64,000 bases of DNA, from assembly GCA_902491615.1 (NCBI GenBank), contig CABUIH010000002.1, forward strand, positions 24,383 to 88,382, read 5' to 3'. Positions within the stretch are counted from its first letter, which is position 1; every line of letters begins with the position of its first letter. This DNA is from an uncultured Collinsella sp. (GTDB lineage: Bacteria > Actinomycetota > Coriobacteriia > Coriobacteriales > Coriobacteriaceae). Of the stretch, positions 20,204 to 30,114 are shown in pieces. Made by a program: the position numbers and the translations under genes. A model generated the notes under the pieces. The model was not told where the DNA came from and made no database searches. It saw only the letters and a program-made list of their open reading frames with translations.

Positions 20204-21298
20204 GTGGCAGATATCAAGAACAAGCAAATTTCTCGCCGGTCCTTCTTGGGCCTTTTTGGCGCGAGTGCCGTGACGCTCGGCCTCGGTCTCGTCGGTTGCG
20301 GCAGCGTCGACGGTAAGGGTGGTGCGGCGACCGCTGGCTCGGATGCCGCTTCTATCGATAAACTTACCATGGTCTGGCTGCCCAACGAGTCCAGCTCCGA
20401 GTTCGACGCGGGCCGCGAGGAGTTTGGCAAGGTTCTTGAGAAGTACGCCGGTGTCAAGGTCGAGCTCATGACCACCACCGACTATAACGTCGCTATCGAG
20501 GCTATCGCTTCCGGCAAGGCTCAGCTTGCCAACATGGGCGCCGAGGGCTTCATCCAGGCCCAGAAGAAGAACAGCAAGGTTCTTCCGCTTGTGACCACCT
20601 CCGACACCGATGGCAAGCTCGACGGCGCCAAGTACTACAGCCGCATCTGCGTGCCCGAGGCCGAGATGAGCGCTTACGCGGATAGCGCCGAGGAGAGCGG
20701 CTATTCCATCAAGAACATCAAGGGCAAGCGCATGAGCTTTGTCTCCGCTACTTCCACCTCCGGCTTCAAGGTTCCGTGCAACGCCATTATGAAGGCGTTC
20801 CCGGACGACGTGAAGTCCTCCGACGAGCTCAGTACCCCGGGTTTCTTCTCCCAGGTACTCTTTGGTAACTCTCACCCCGGTTCTGCTGTCAACCTGCTGC
20901 AGGGTGATGCCGATGTTGCCGCCTTCGACGATGTCGACGTCGACACCTATCTTGATGTCCCCGAGGGCGAGCGCGACGCCGTGAACGCCGCCGGTTCCGT
21001 CTACTCCGTCAAGGCCGACGCTCCCCAGCCCTTCGATCGCGTTCAGGGCAAGAAGTTCGGCATCATCCAGTCCACCCCGGTTCTCAACGGGCCTATCGCC
21101 GTCAACACCGATAAGGTCCCGCAGGAGATCATCGACAAGCTCGTCAAGGGCTTGACCTCCAAGGAGACCTCTGAAGACGAACTGCTCTTTGCCCCCGAGG
21201 ATAAAGAGGGCACCGGTGCCGTTTGGAGCCTGGGTGATACCGCCGGCTTCATCGCGGTCGAGGACTCCTGGTACGACCCCATTCGTGCGCTTGACTAA
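20204..21298 (+). CDS. phnD: Phosphonate ABC transporter substrate-binding lipoprotein
   Basis: Tat motif SRRSFLG and lipobox LVGC; DYNVAIEA, YYS, STSG, DVAAF motifs; first gene of the phn operon. Confidence 0.9.
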   Translation: MADIKNKQISRRSFLGLFGASAVTLGLGLVGCGSVDGKGGAATAGSDAASIDKLTMVWLPNESSSEFDAGREEFGKVLEKYAGVKVELMTTTDYNVAIEAIASGKAQLANMGAEGFIQAQKKNSKVLPLVTTSDTDGKLDGAKYYSRICVPEAEMSAYADSAEESGYSIKNIKGKRMSFVSATSTSGFKVPCNAIMKAFPDDVKSSDELSTPGFFSQVLFGNSHPGSAVNLLQGDADVAAFDDVDVDTYLDVPEGERDAVNAAGSVYSVKADAPQPFDRVQGKKFGIIQSTPVLNGPIAVNTDKVPQEIIDKLVKGLTSKETSEDELLFAPEDKEGTGAVWSLGDTAGFIAVEDSWYDPIRALD

Positions 21299-21412
21299 TG
21301 CATGTCCCTGCGCGCACACGTGCAGATGGGCGGCATCGCGTAGACGATTCGCCGCTGCCAAAACGGGCCGGGCGCGAATATCCGCGTCCGGCCTCGACGT
21401 TGATGGGAGGGC

Positions 21413-22294
21413 ATGGAAATGCCACAGAACGCACAGCCTCTCTTGCAGGTGAGCGATTTGACCAAAAGCTACGAGGGCAAACGAGGTGCACGGGAGCAGC
21501 ATCACGCGCTTTCCGGCGTAGATTTTGCTTGCGGCGAGGGAGAACTGGTTGCGGTGATCGGTCCTTCAGGCGCCGGCAAGTCGACGTTTTTGCGCTGCAT
21601 CAATCGCCTCATCGAGCCCACGGAGGGGTCGGTTGTCTTTAATGGTCGGGACATTACGCATCTGCGCCGCAACAAGCTGCGTGGCGTGCGCGCGCAGATC
21701 GCCATGATCTTTCAGAACTACAACCTGGTGTATCGCCTTACCGCCATTCAAAACGTGCTGCATGGGCGTCTGGGCTACAAGGGTGCTGTGGCGGGGTCGC
21801 TGGGCCTCTACAGCGAAGCCGAGAAGCTCCGTGCGTTCGAGCTGCTTGACGAAGTGGGCCTGGGCGAGTTTGCCTATCGTCGCGCCGATCAGCTCTCGGG
21901 CGGACAAAAGCAGCGCGTGGGTATCGCCCGCGCACTTATTCAAGATCCCCGCATCATTCTATGCGATGAACCTATCGCGAGCCTTGATCCCAAGAGCAGC
22001 CGTGCTGTCATGGAGCATCTGCGCCGCGTGACGCGTCAGCATGGCATCACCTGCATCGTCAATCTGCATCAGGTGGATATGGCACTTGAGTTTTCCGATC
22101 GTATCGTGGGCTTGCGTGCGGGCGCGAAAGTGTTCGAGGGTGCGCCTGCCGAGCTGACCCCCCAGATGATCGCGGTGATTTACGGCGATGGAGAAGAGGG
22201 CTTCATTTCCGTTCCGGTGTCAGGGCCCCAAGCTGGCGCGACACCCGCATCTGTTGGCATGGCTTCCGCTGTTCCTTCTGGAGCCTTGCGATGA
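21413..22294 (+). CDS. phnC: Phosphonate ABC transporter ATP-binding protein
   Basis: GPSGAGKST, LSGGQKQRVGIARAL, DEPIASLDP, NLHQVD. Confidence 0.93.
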   Translation: MEMPQNAQPLLQVSDLTKSYEGKRGAREQHHALSGVDFACGEGELVAVIGPSGAGKSTFLRCINRLIEPTEGSVVFNGRDITHLRRNKLRGVRAQIAMIFQNYNLVYRLTAIQNVLHGRLGYKGAVAGSLGLYSEAEKLRAFELLDEVGLGEFAYRRADQLSGGQKQRVGIARALIQDPRIILCDEPIASLDPKSSRAVMEHLRRVTRQHGITCIVNLHQVDMALEFSDRIVGLRAGAKVFEGAPAELTPQMIAVIYGDGEEGFISVPVSGPQAGATPASVGMASAVPSGALR

Positions 22295-23145
22295 GCGCGG
22301 GGGAGTGCGGCGCCATGTCCACAGGCTCTTTTGGCAATGCGAAAGCGGGGAAGGTTCCCGATTTGAGCTGGTTTAGAAGGCGTCAGCTTCGCGCACTCGC
22401 AGTAGTTGCGGCCGTTGTCTTGGTTGCCGAGGGGGCATCGCTTGTCGGCGATTTCAGCTTTGGATATGCCTTGGGTTCGGTACCCGCTGCCCTTGCATGG
22501 ATGCTGCAGAACTTTTGCCCTACGCCATCGTCGTTAGGACAGCTGGGCATAATTGCCACGCAGGTGGTTTCGACGGTGTTCGATTCCATCGCCGCTACGA
22601 TGCTCGCGGCCTTGCTGGGTATCGTTCTTGCGGTGCTGGGATGCTCGAGCGTCGGTGTCGAAAACGGCATCGTGCGCGGTGTCATCCGCATCTTCGCCAA
22701 TATCTTTCGCAATGTTCCCATGATTGCATGGGCGCTGCTGTTGCTCCTTTCGTTCAAGCAAAACGAGTTCACGGGCTTCCTCGCGCTCTTTTTGGCGACG
22801 TTTGGCCAGATTACGCGCTTTTTTCTGGACACGCTCGACGAAATCCCTTGCGGCCCCATCGAGGCGTTGCGCAGCTGCGGAGCAAGCTTTTGGCAGATTG
22901 TCTTTCAGGCGGGTCTGCCGCTTGCCGTTGCAGAGCTTATGAGCTGGACACTCTATATGGTCGAGACCAATATTCGCGAGGCCACGTTGGTGGGCTTGCT
23001 TACCGGTACGGGTATCGGCTTTGCCTTCAACCTGTACTACGCGTCTTTTCGGTATGACTGCGCTGGCCTTGTGATTCTTGTGACCATTGTTTTGGTGCTC
23101 GTGGTCGAGGCGATTTCCAACGCAGCTAGAAGGTCGATGATCTAA
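22291..23145 (+). CDS. phnE: Phosphonate ABC transporter permease
   Basis: TM helices, IEALRSCGAS EAA loop, ETNIREATLVG..TGTGIG. Confidence 0.88.
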   Translation: MSAGECGAMSTGSFGNAKAGKVPDLSWFRRRQLRALAVVAAVVLVAEGASLVGDFSFGYALGSVPAALAWMLQNFCPTPSSLGQLGIIATQVVSTVFDSIAATMLAALLGIVLAVLGCSSVGVENGIVRGVIRIFANIFRNVPMIAWALLLLLSFKQNEFTGFLALFLATFGQITRFFLDTLDEIPCGPIEALRSCGASFWQIVFQAGLPLAVAELMSWTLYMVETNIREATLVGLLTGTGIGFAFNLYYASFRYDCAGLVILVTIVLVLVVEAISNAARRSMI

Positions 23146-24029
23146 TGGATACTTTTGAGCTGACTCCCGCCACGGCCGGTGCGATCGAGCGTTCGCACGC
23201 TGGGCATATTCGTCTCGTGTCTCGCCGGGGGCGCAACTATTCTGTCGTGCTTACGCTGGGCATTCTGTGCCTCTTGACGGTCGTTACGTTTGTGCGCATG
23301 GATTTTGGCACGGTTGACCTTGGCCGCGCACTCGCTCAAACCTGGTCTGATTTCTGCGCCATGATGTTCCAACCAGCGCTTGACCCGCCGTTGGGAGCTG
23401 CGCATTTTAGCTGGGCAAAGGTTGCCGAGAGCACGTTGGTCACCATTGCGGTTACCGTGCTGTGCACCATCATCTCGGCCATCATCTCGTTTTTCTTGGC
23501 GTTGGCGGCATCCGAGAACCTCTCGAATCCGCTCGTTTCCAATGCGGTCAAAGGATTCGTTGCTATCATCCGAGCGATTCCAACGATTCTGTGGGTACTC
23601 GTCTTCACGGTGGCCATCGGCCTTGGATCTGAGGCGGCGGTGCTGGGAATTTCCTTCCATTCCATCGCGTATCTTACCAAGAGCTACTCGGAGTCGATTG
23701 AAGAAATCGATGCAGATGTAATCGAGGCACTCTCTGCGAGCGGTGCCAGCTTCTGGCAGATTGTGTTCCAGGCCATCTGTCCGGCAACCATTACCAAACT
23801 GCTCTCATGGACATTTATTCGCTTTGAGATCAATTTTGCCAACGCGGTTGCCGTGGGCGCCTTCGCGGGCGCGGGCGGTATCGGCTTTCAGCTGTATCAG
23901 GCAGGCAACTACTACTACAACCTGCACGAGGTGGGCGTGATTGTCTATGTATGCCTGGCTGTGTCGTTTGCACTCGAGTTCATCTCGGTTCGCCTTCGTC
24001 GCCGTTACATCATCGACTCGGATAACTAA
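23145..24029 (+). CDS. phnE: Phosphonate ABC transporter permease (second paralog)
   Basis: IRAIP, IEALSASGAS, RFEINF, GAGGIG. Confidence 0.88.
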   Translation: MDTFELTPATAGAIERSHAGHIRLVSRRGRNYSVVLTLGILCLLTVVTFVRMDFGTVDLGRALAQTWSDFCAMMFQPALDPPLGAAHFSWAKVAESTLVTIAVTVLCTIISAIISFFLALAASENLSNPLVSNAVKGFVAIIRAIPTILWVLVFTVAIGLGSEAAVLGISFHSIAYLTKSYSESIEEIDADVIEALSASGASFWQIVFQAICPATITKLLSWTFIRFEINFANAVAVGAFAGAGGIGFQLYQAGNYYYNLHEVGVIVYVCLAVSFALEFISVRLRRRYIIDSDN

Positions 24030-24041
24030 GGAAAGATTTGC

Positions 24042-24503
24042 ATGCTAACAAGAAGAGAGAGGACCGAGGTCCTGGTTGAGAGCGGCCCTGCGCTTGCGCT
24101 CGAACTGGCGGGCCTGGTCGAGGCCGCCGCCCCTGCCGAAGATATTGTGCCGGCGCACCAGGGCCTTGTGATGTGTCAGGTGCGCGAGACGGCTCGCAAC
24201 AGCCGCTTTTATCTGAGCGAGGTGCTTGTTACCGAGAGCCGCGTGCGCATTGGCGAGGCCGATGGCCTGGGCGTGCTTATGGGAACCGATGCCGCGCATG
24301 CTCGTGCGCTCGCGGTAATCGATGCCGCTTATGCAATGGATCCGGCGCCGGCTTGTTTGGCGGAACTCGATCGCCGCGTCGAGGAGGCGCGTGCTGCCAT
24401 GTTTGAGCGCGTGGCTGCACAGGATGCTCTCACCTATGTGTCGCGTGTCGAGTTCGATGAAATGTCTGGCCAGGACATGAGTGTTCAGGCGGTGGTCAAA
24501 TGA
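24042..24503 (+). CDS. phnG: C-P lyase subunit PhnG
   Basis: GLVM...FYLSEVLVTESRV..G...A.IDA, SRVEF pattern. Confidence 0.88.
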   Translation: MLTRRERTEVLVESGPALALELAGLVEAAAPAEDIVPAHQGLVMCQVRETARNSRFYLSEVLVTESRVRIGEADGLGVLMGTDAAHARALAVIDAAYAMDPAPACLAELDRRVEEARAAMFERVAAQDALTYVSRVEFDEMSGQDMSVQAVVK

Positions 24504-25189
24504 ACGAGCAGGATGAGGTTTTCGATCGCGATCCGTCCCTTGACGAGCGCGCCTTCGAGCTGCAGGGAACGTTTCGTACGGTTCTGGACTGCATGGCGCG
24601 CCCCGGCGAGGTTTGCCGCCTATCCGTCACGGATGCCTATGAGGTCGAGGCGAAGCGCTGTGGCCTATTCCCCGCGACGTTGATGTTGGCGGACATGCTG
24701 CTCGATAGCGGTACGACTTTTTGCATGGCGACCACGGGCTTTGAGCGTGCTGCCCGGCAGATCGCGAGTCGAACGCACGTGACTCCTGCGGCGCCGAGCG
24801 AAGCTGCGTGCGTGATCGTTCCGGAGGCTTTTCGAGATGAGGGCGCGGCGAGTGCAATCGCTGCGCTTACGGCGGGGACGCTTGAACAGCCGCATCGCGG
24901 CGCGACGGTTATCGTCGAGTGCTCGGTGCTTTTGGGACTGGATGCGCAGGGTTTGCGCGTCGGCTCCGCTTCGCACGCGTGTACCAAGAGCTCCTGGGAG
25001 CTCGGTGGCCCCGGCGTTGACGGCACTTCGCACTTCTCGTGCGATCGCGGCGATGTCTTGCGCTCGCGTATTGCGCGTCTGGACGAGTTTCCCTGCGGCA
25101 TCGACCTGATGTTTGTAGACGGGTTTGGCCATATCGCCGCCGTTCCCCGTTCCAGCGCTTGCAGGGAGGTTGAATCATGGGATATGTAG
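24500..25189 (+). CDS. phnH: C-P lyase subunit PhnH
   Basis: QGTFR.VLDCMARPG, GTLEQPHRGAT, GPGV, FPCGID, PRS. Confidence 0.92.
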   Translation: MNEQDEVFDRDPSLDERAFELQGTFRTVLDCMARPGEVCRLSVTDAYEVEAKRCGLFPATLMLADMLLDSGTTFCMATTGFERAARQIASRTHVTPAAPSEAACVIVPEAFRDEGAASAIAALTAGTLEQPHRGATVIVECSVLLGLDAQGLRVGSASHACTKSSWELGGPGVDGTSHFSCDRGDVLRSRIARLDEFPCGIDLMFVDGFGHIAAVPRSSACREVESWDM

Positions 25190-26343
25190 CCGTTTCCGGC
25201 GGCGAGCAGGCAATCGCCGCATCGCTTGAGCTGCTTGAGCGCGAGCGCGTTGCGGGTGGCCGCGCGCTCGATCCCGCACTCATCATCGAGGCCATGCCGC
25301 ATGCGGTCGAGCAGGTGCAGTCTGAGGGCTCCGTTTGGGCTCCCGAGGTTGCTGCAATCGCCCTCAAGCAGGCGTCGGGTTCTATCGAGGAGGCCGTCTT
25401 TTTGGTGCGTGCCTACCGTTCCACCCTCGAGCGCCTCTATACATCGCGTGTGATCGATACGGGCGAGATGCACGTTTCGCGCCGCATCTCCGCGGCCTTC
25501 AAAGATATCGAGGGCGGACAGATTTTGGGCGCGACCCGCGATTACAGCCATCGCCTTATCAATTTTGATCTAAGCGAAGAGACCGATGCCGATGTCCGTG
25601 TCGCGCGCGCTGTCATCGATGAGCGTCTGGATGAAGCGGCCGAGGCCTTTTATGGCGTGGCCGAGACCACGCCTCTCGATTGTGTGCCCAAGGTGTGCGA
25701 TTACCTGCGCCAGATCGGTATGATCCGCCCGGTTGCTATCGACGACACCGAGCCCGTCGATATCACCAAGACCCCGCTTTTCACGCCGGCGCCGCGCAGC
25801 GTTATCCTGCAGGCCCTCTCGCGTGGCCTCACGCAGGCGGTTGTCGCCATCGGGTACGCGGCCATTCGCGGCTTTGGCATTTCCCATCCCACGGTGGGCG
25901 AGCTTCGCCGCGGCAGCGTGCCGGTGACGATTGATGCCCCCGGAACCGATCCCTCTCAGGCTTCTGCCGACGACGCGTACTATCTGGGAGCACTCCCGGT
26001 CTGTGAGGTCGAAAGCCTGATCGCCAACGACGAGGTGACCGAGACGGGCGAGCATGTGAACGCGCTCGATGTGGGCTACGGCCTCGTTACCGGCAGCGAC
26101 GAGAGCAAGGCCATCGCCATGAGCGTCCTCGACCATTCGCTGCGCGTCGACGACGTTCGCTACCCCACACAGGATCAGGAGTTCGTGCTCTATCACATCG
26201 ACGGTGTGGAAGCCACGGGCTTTATCAGCCATCTCAAGCTGCCGCACTACGTGACGTTCCAAAGCAAGCTCGATGCAGCCTTGCGCTCTATGAATCACGC
26301 CGAGGGACAGAAGGAGGACGGTTCTCGTGCAGCGCAACTATAA
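25177..26343 (+). CDS. phnI: C-P lyase subunit PhnI
   Basis: GYVAVSGGEQAI, EAVFLVRAYRSTL, RRISAAFKD, GFISHLKLPHYVTFQS. Confidence 0.96.
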   Translation: MGYVAVSGGEQAIAASLELLERERVAGGRALDPALIIEAMPHAVEQVQSEGSVWAPEVAAIALKQASGSIEEAVFLVRAYRSTLERLYTSRVIDTGEMHVSRRISAAFKDIEGGQILGATRDYSHRLINFDLSEETDADVRVARAVIDERLDEAAEAFYGVAETTPLDCVPKVCDYLRQIGMIRPVAIDDTEPVDITKTPLFTPAPRSVILQALSRGLTQAVVAIGYAAIRGFGISHPTVGELRRGSVPVTIDAPGTDPSQASADDAYYLGALPVCEVESLIANDEVTETGEHVNALDVGYGLVTGSDESKAIAMSVLDHSLRVDDVRYPTQDQEFVLYHIDGVEATGFISHLKLPHYVTFQSKLDAALRSMNHAEGQKEDGSRAAQL

Positions 26344-27175
26344 CTTTGCCTTTTTGGACGAGGGCTCCAAGCGCGAGATTCGCCGCGCCATCTTGAAGGC
26401 CGTCGCCATTCCCGGATACCAGGTGCCGTTCGCCAGCCGCGAGATGCCCATCGGCCGCGGCTGGGGTACGGGTGGCCTGCAGGTCACGTTGTCGTGCATC
26501 GGTCCCGATGACGTGCTCAAGGTAATCGACCAGGGCTCGGACGCGAGCGTCAATGCCGTGTCTATTCGCAGCCTCGTGCACGAGACTACCGGCGTCGAGA
26601 CCACCACGTCCACGGCGGACGCGACGCTCATCCAGAGCCGTCACCGTATCCCTGAGCGTCCGCTGCAGCGCGAACAACTCATGGTGCTGCAGGTTCCCAT
26701 GCCAGAGCCCCTGCGCACCTACGAGGCGCGCGAAAGCGTGACGCGCCGTCTGCATGCCGAAGCTGAGTACACCGGGGCATATCTGGAGCTTTTTGAGCAG
26801 ATCGTGCGCTATGGCTCCACGACTACCGGTGCCGACCATCCCGTGATGGTGCAGGATCGCTACGTTATGGCGCCGAGCCCTATTCCGCGTTTCGACAATC
26901 CCAAGCTCAACGATGCCGAGAATCTCTTTTTGTTTGGCGCCGGTCGCGAGAAGAAGATCTATGCCGTGCCGCCCCATACCAAGGTGGAGTCGCTCGCCTT
27001 CGAAGACCATCCCTTTGTGCGCGAGGATTTTGAAGGTAAGCGCTGCTGCATCTGTGGGGCGACGGGCGTCTATATGACTCAAACCATCGATCCCGTTACG
27101 GGCAAGAAGGCATGGCAGTGCTCCGATACCGATTATTGCGCAGAGCGTCTCGAGGAGGGCGGAAGCGATGAGTAA
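26327..27175 (+). CDS. phnJ: Alpha-D-ribose 1-methylphosphonate 5-phosphate C-P lyase (radical SAM/glycyl)
   Basis: KAVAIPGYQVPFASREMPIGRGWGTGG, SPIPRFD, CxxC...CSDTDYC cysteines. Confidence 0.97.
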   Translation: MQRNYNFAFLDEGSKREIRRAILKAVAIPGYQVPFASREMPIGRGWGTGGLQVTLSCIGPDDVLKVIDQGSDASVNAVSIRSLVHETTGVETTTSTADATLIQSRHRIPERPLQREQLMVLQVPMPEPLRTYEARESVTRRLHAEAEYTGAYLELFEQIVRYGSTTTGADHPVMVQDRYVMAPSPIPRFDNPKLNDAENLFLFGAGREKKIYAVPPHTKVESLAFEDHPFVREDFEGKRCCICGATGVYMTQTIDPVTGKKAWQCSDTDYCAERLEEGGSDE

Positions 27176-28052
27176 AGGCACGACGATGCTTCCCGCTACG
27201 GTTCATCATGAATTTAAGGATAAGGCTCCGGTTTTGTCCGTTCGCCATCTGGCCAAGCGTTTTGGCGTCGGCTGTGACTACTGCCGCGACCCGCATGCCA
27301 AGCTCGAGCGCAACATCTGTCCTGTATGCGGCACGGTGCACGCGGTGCGCGACATCTCGCTCGAGGTGCATCGCGGTGAGATTCTGGGCATTGTGGGCGA
27401 GTCTGGTTCGGGCAAGTCGACGCTCATGCAGTGCCTCTATTTCGACCAGGAGCCCACGGCGGGCGATATGCGTGTCGCTGCATATGATGGGGGCAAAGGC
27501 AACTGCTTTGACCTCTCTCGCCAGCAAAAGCGCCTTATTCGCGATGAGATTTTTGGCATGGTTTACCAAAACCCTTACCTGGGCCTGCGCATGAACTTCT
27601 CGAGTCTTTCCAATATCGCCGAGAAGCAGATCGCTGCCGGTATCCGTGACGTTTCCTCCATGGTCGATCGCGGCCGCGAGCTGCTTGATCGCGTGAACAT
27701 CCCCTTGCGTCGTGAACAAGATCCACCGCGCGCGTTTTCGGGCGGTATGCAGCAGCGCGTGCAGATTGCCAAGGCGCTTTCCAACCGTCCTCCGCTGCTG
27801 TTCTTGGACGAGGTCACCACCGGTTTGGACCTTTCGGTTCAGGCGCGCGTGCTTGATCTTATCCTCTCGCTGCGTCGTGACCTGGGAGTCTCGATGGTTG
27901 TGGTGAGCCATGACCTGGGCGTGATTCGCCTGCTTGCCGATCGCACTATCGTGATGCTCGACGGGCAGGTCATCGAACATGGCTTGACCGATCAGATCAT
28001 GCAAGATCCGCAGCACGCCTACACCCAAGAACTCGTCTATTCGCTTCTTTAG
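27168..28052 (+). CDS. phnK: C-P lyase system ABC-type ATPase PhnK
   Basis: GESGSGKST, FSGGMQQRVQIA, TTGLDLSVQAR, GLTDQ..DPQHAYTQ. Confidence 0.94.
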   Translation: MSKGTTMLPATVHHEFKDKAPVLSVRHLAKRFGVGCDYCRDPHAKLERNICPVCGTVHAVRDISLEVHRGEILGIVGESGSGKSTLMQCLYFDQEPTAGDMRVAAYDGGKGNCFDLSRQQKRLIRDEIFGMVYQNPYLGLRMNFSSLSNIAEKQIAAGIRDVSSMVDRGRELLDRVNIPLRREQDPPRAFSGGMQQRVQIAKALSNRPPLLFLDEVTTGLDLSVQARVLDLILSLRRDLGVSMVVVSHDLGVIRLLADRTIVMLDGQVIEHGLTDQIMQDPQHAYTQELVYSLL

Positions 28053-28063
28053 GAGGTTCGCCG

Positions 28064-29371
28064 ATGTACGTCATCCGCAACGGAATCATTGTTCAGCCCG
28101 ACCGCCTGCTCTTTGGCTATGAGCTTGTGGTCGAAGACGACAGGATCGCCGCAATTCAACGCCAAGGCAAATTCGATGCGACCGCCGCGGGAGCCGGCGT
28201 TATCGATGCTCATGGTGGCTATGTCACGCCTGGTCTTGTGGATATCCATTCCGACTATATCGAGACCGTTATCTCGCCGCGCCCGACGGTGATCATGGAC
28301 TTCTCGACGGCATTGTTCGAGGCCGAGCGTGAGCTCATCGCCCATGGCATCACCACAATGTATCACTCGCTTTCGGCATATGCGCAGGACATCATGGACG
28401 CCAAGCCGGTCCGGCGCTGGGAGAACACCGAGAAAATCATGGCGCTTATCGCCGGCTGCAAGCGCACCGAGGGACGAAACGCCCATCTGATTCGTCATCG
28501 CCTGCACCTGCGTCTCGAGGTCGATAACGTCAATCTGGTTGAGCAAGTTGAGGGGCATTTGCGCTCGGGCGAGGTGGACGAGCTTTCATTTATGGACCAC
28601 ACTCCCGGCCAGGGTCAATATCGCGATATCGAGATCTGGCGCAAGAGCGTTCGCGGCGATCACGAGCTGAGTGACGAAGAGGCGGAGCGGATCGTCGCCG
28701 CTCAGCAGGCGGCACCCAAGCTTTCCTTTGATCAGCTCAAATATCTTGCCGATGTTGCCTGTGAAAACGGCATTGCGCTGGCGAGCCACGATGACGATTC
28801 GGTCGAGCATCTGGATCTTATGCGTGAGCTCGGCTGCACGATCTCTGAGTTCCCGGTGAGTTTAGAGGTGGCGCGCGCTGCTCGCGAGCATGGCATGTCG
28901 ACCGTCATGGGAACACCCAACATCTTGCTGGGGAAGAGCCATTCGGGCAACCTTTCGGCGCGCGACGCCGTGTCTAACGGAGTGGCGAGCGTGCTGTGCT
29001 CCGATTACTATCCCACGGCAATGCTGCAGAGTGCCTTTGCCCTGCACCATGATTTCAAGCTGCCGCTTGAAGAGGCGTTTGCCATGCTCACTATCAACCC
29101 GGCGCGCGCCGTGCATGCCGACGATCAGGTTGGCAGTCTGGAAGAGGGCAAGAAAGCCGATATTCTGGTCATTCGTGAGGTTGAGGAAGGCCAGCGCACC
29201 TATCCCGTGATCACGGCGACGCTGGTGGATGGCCGTGTGGTTTCGCGTATGTGGTATCCGGCGCTGCCGAGCATGTCTGCCCGTTTTGCCACCGATGCCG
29301 CGACGATCGCCGAGACCGCCGACCACGTGCCGGCAGCCGTGGCGGGTACGGATGGATCGGAGGACAAGTAA
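28064..29371 (+). CDS. phnM: Alpha-D-ribose 1-methylphosphonate 5-triphosphate diphosphatase
   Basis: PGLVDIHSD, MDHTPGQGQY, ASHDD, SEFP, SHSGNLSA, SDYYP. Confidence 0.96.
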   Translation: MYVIRNGIIVQPDRLLFGYELVVEDDRIAAIQRQGKFDATAAGAGVIDAHGGYVTPGLVDIHSDYIETVISPRPTVIMDFSTALFEAERELIAHGITTMYHSLSAYAQDIMDAKPVRRWENTEKIMALIAGCKRTEGRNAHLIRHRLHLRLEVDNVNLVEQVEGHLRSGEVDELSFMDHTPGQGQYRDIEIWRKSVRGDHELSDEEAERIVAAQQAAPKLSFDQLKYLADVACENGIALASHDDDSVEHLDLMRELGCTISEFPVSLEVARAAREHGMSTVMGTPNILLGKSHSGNLSARDAVSNGVASVLCSDYYPTAMLQSAFALHHDFKLPLEEAFAMLTINPARAVHADDQVGSLEEGKKADILVIREVEEGQRTYPVITATLVDGRVVSRMWYPALPSMSARFATDAATIAETADHVPAAVAGTDGSEDK

Positions 29372-30105
29372 TGGGCGATTCAATCGAATTCTATCAGCTC
29401 GATGTATGCCCACTCCTTGCGATCGAGGATCTTTCCAAGGGCTTTACCCTGCATGCCGCCGACCGTCGCGTGCGCGGCTGTGAACATATCTCGCTGAGCG
29501 TGCTGCCGGGTGAGTTCGTGGGCGTTACCGGCCGCTCGGGCTCGGGCAAATCCACGATTCTCAAGTGCATCTATCGTACGAATCTGCCGGAAAGCGGCCA
29601 CATCGTGTACGATTCCGAGGCCTTTGGTCCGGTCGACCTTGCCACGCTCGATGAACGTCGTGTGATCTATCTGCGCAACTACGAGATTGGCTATGTCTCC
29701 CAGTTCCTCGATGCCGTGCCACGTACCACGGCCCGTGAAATCGTGCACGCGAGTGCCGCTGAGGCGTTTGCCGATGAAGATGCGATTGAGGAGGAGACAA
29801 CGCGCATGCTCGAGCATTTCGACTTCCCCAAGCCCCTGTGGGACCTGTATCCCAATACGTTCTCGGGTGGTGAGAAGCTCAGGCTCAACATCGCGCGCGC
29901 TATGGTGCGTCGTCCACGTCTATTACTGTTGGATGAGCCGACTGCCAGCCTCGATAACGCGAGCAAGGTCAGAGTCCGCGATTTGATTGAGCAACTCAAG
30001 GCCGGAGGTACTACGATGCTGGGCATCTTCCATGATTTGGAGTTCATGGAAGGCGTTTGCGATCGTGAGTACAACATGCAGACTGGTGGGTTTGTCCAGG
30101 CATAG
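29371..30105 (+). CDS. phnL: C-P lyase system ATPase PhnL
   Basis: KGFTLH, GRSGSGKST, GYVSQFL..PR, FSGGE..RLNIAR, GIFHD. Confidence 0.94.
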   Translation: MGDSIEFYQLDVCPLLAIEDLSKGFTLHAADRRVRGCEHISLSVLPGEFVGVTGRSGSGKSTILKCIYRTNLPESGHIVYDSEAFGPVDLATLDERRVIYLRNYEIGYVSQFLDAVPRTTAREIVHASAAEAFADEDAIEEETTRMLEHFDFPKPLWDLYPNTFSGGEKLRLNIARAMVRRPRLLLLDEPTASLDNASKVRVRDLIEQLKAGGTTMLGIFHDLEFMEGVCDREYNMQTGGFVQA

Positions 30106-30114
30106 GAGGGACGG

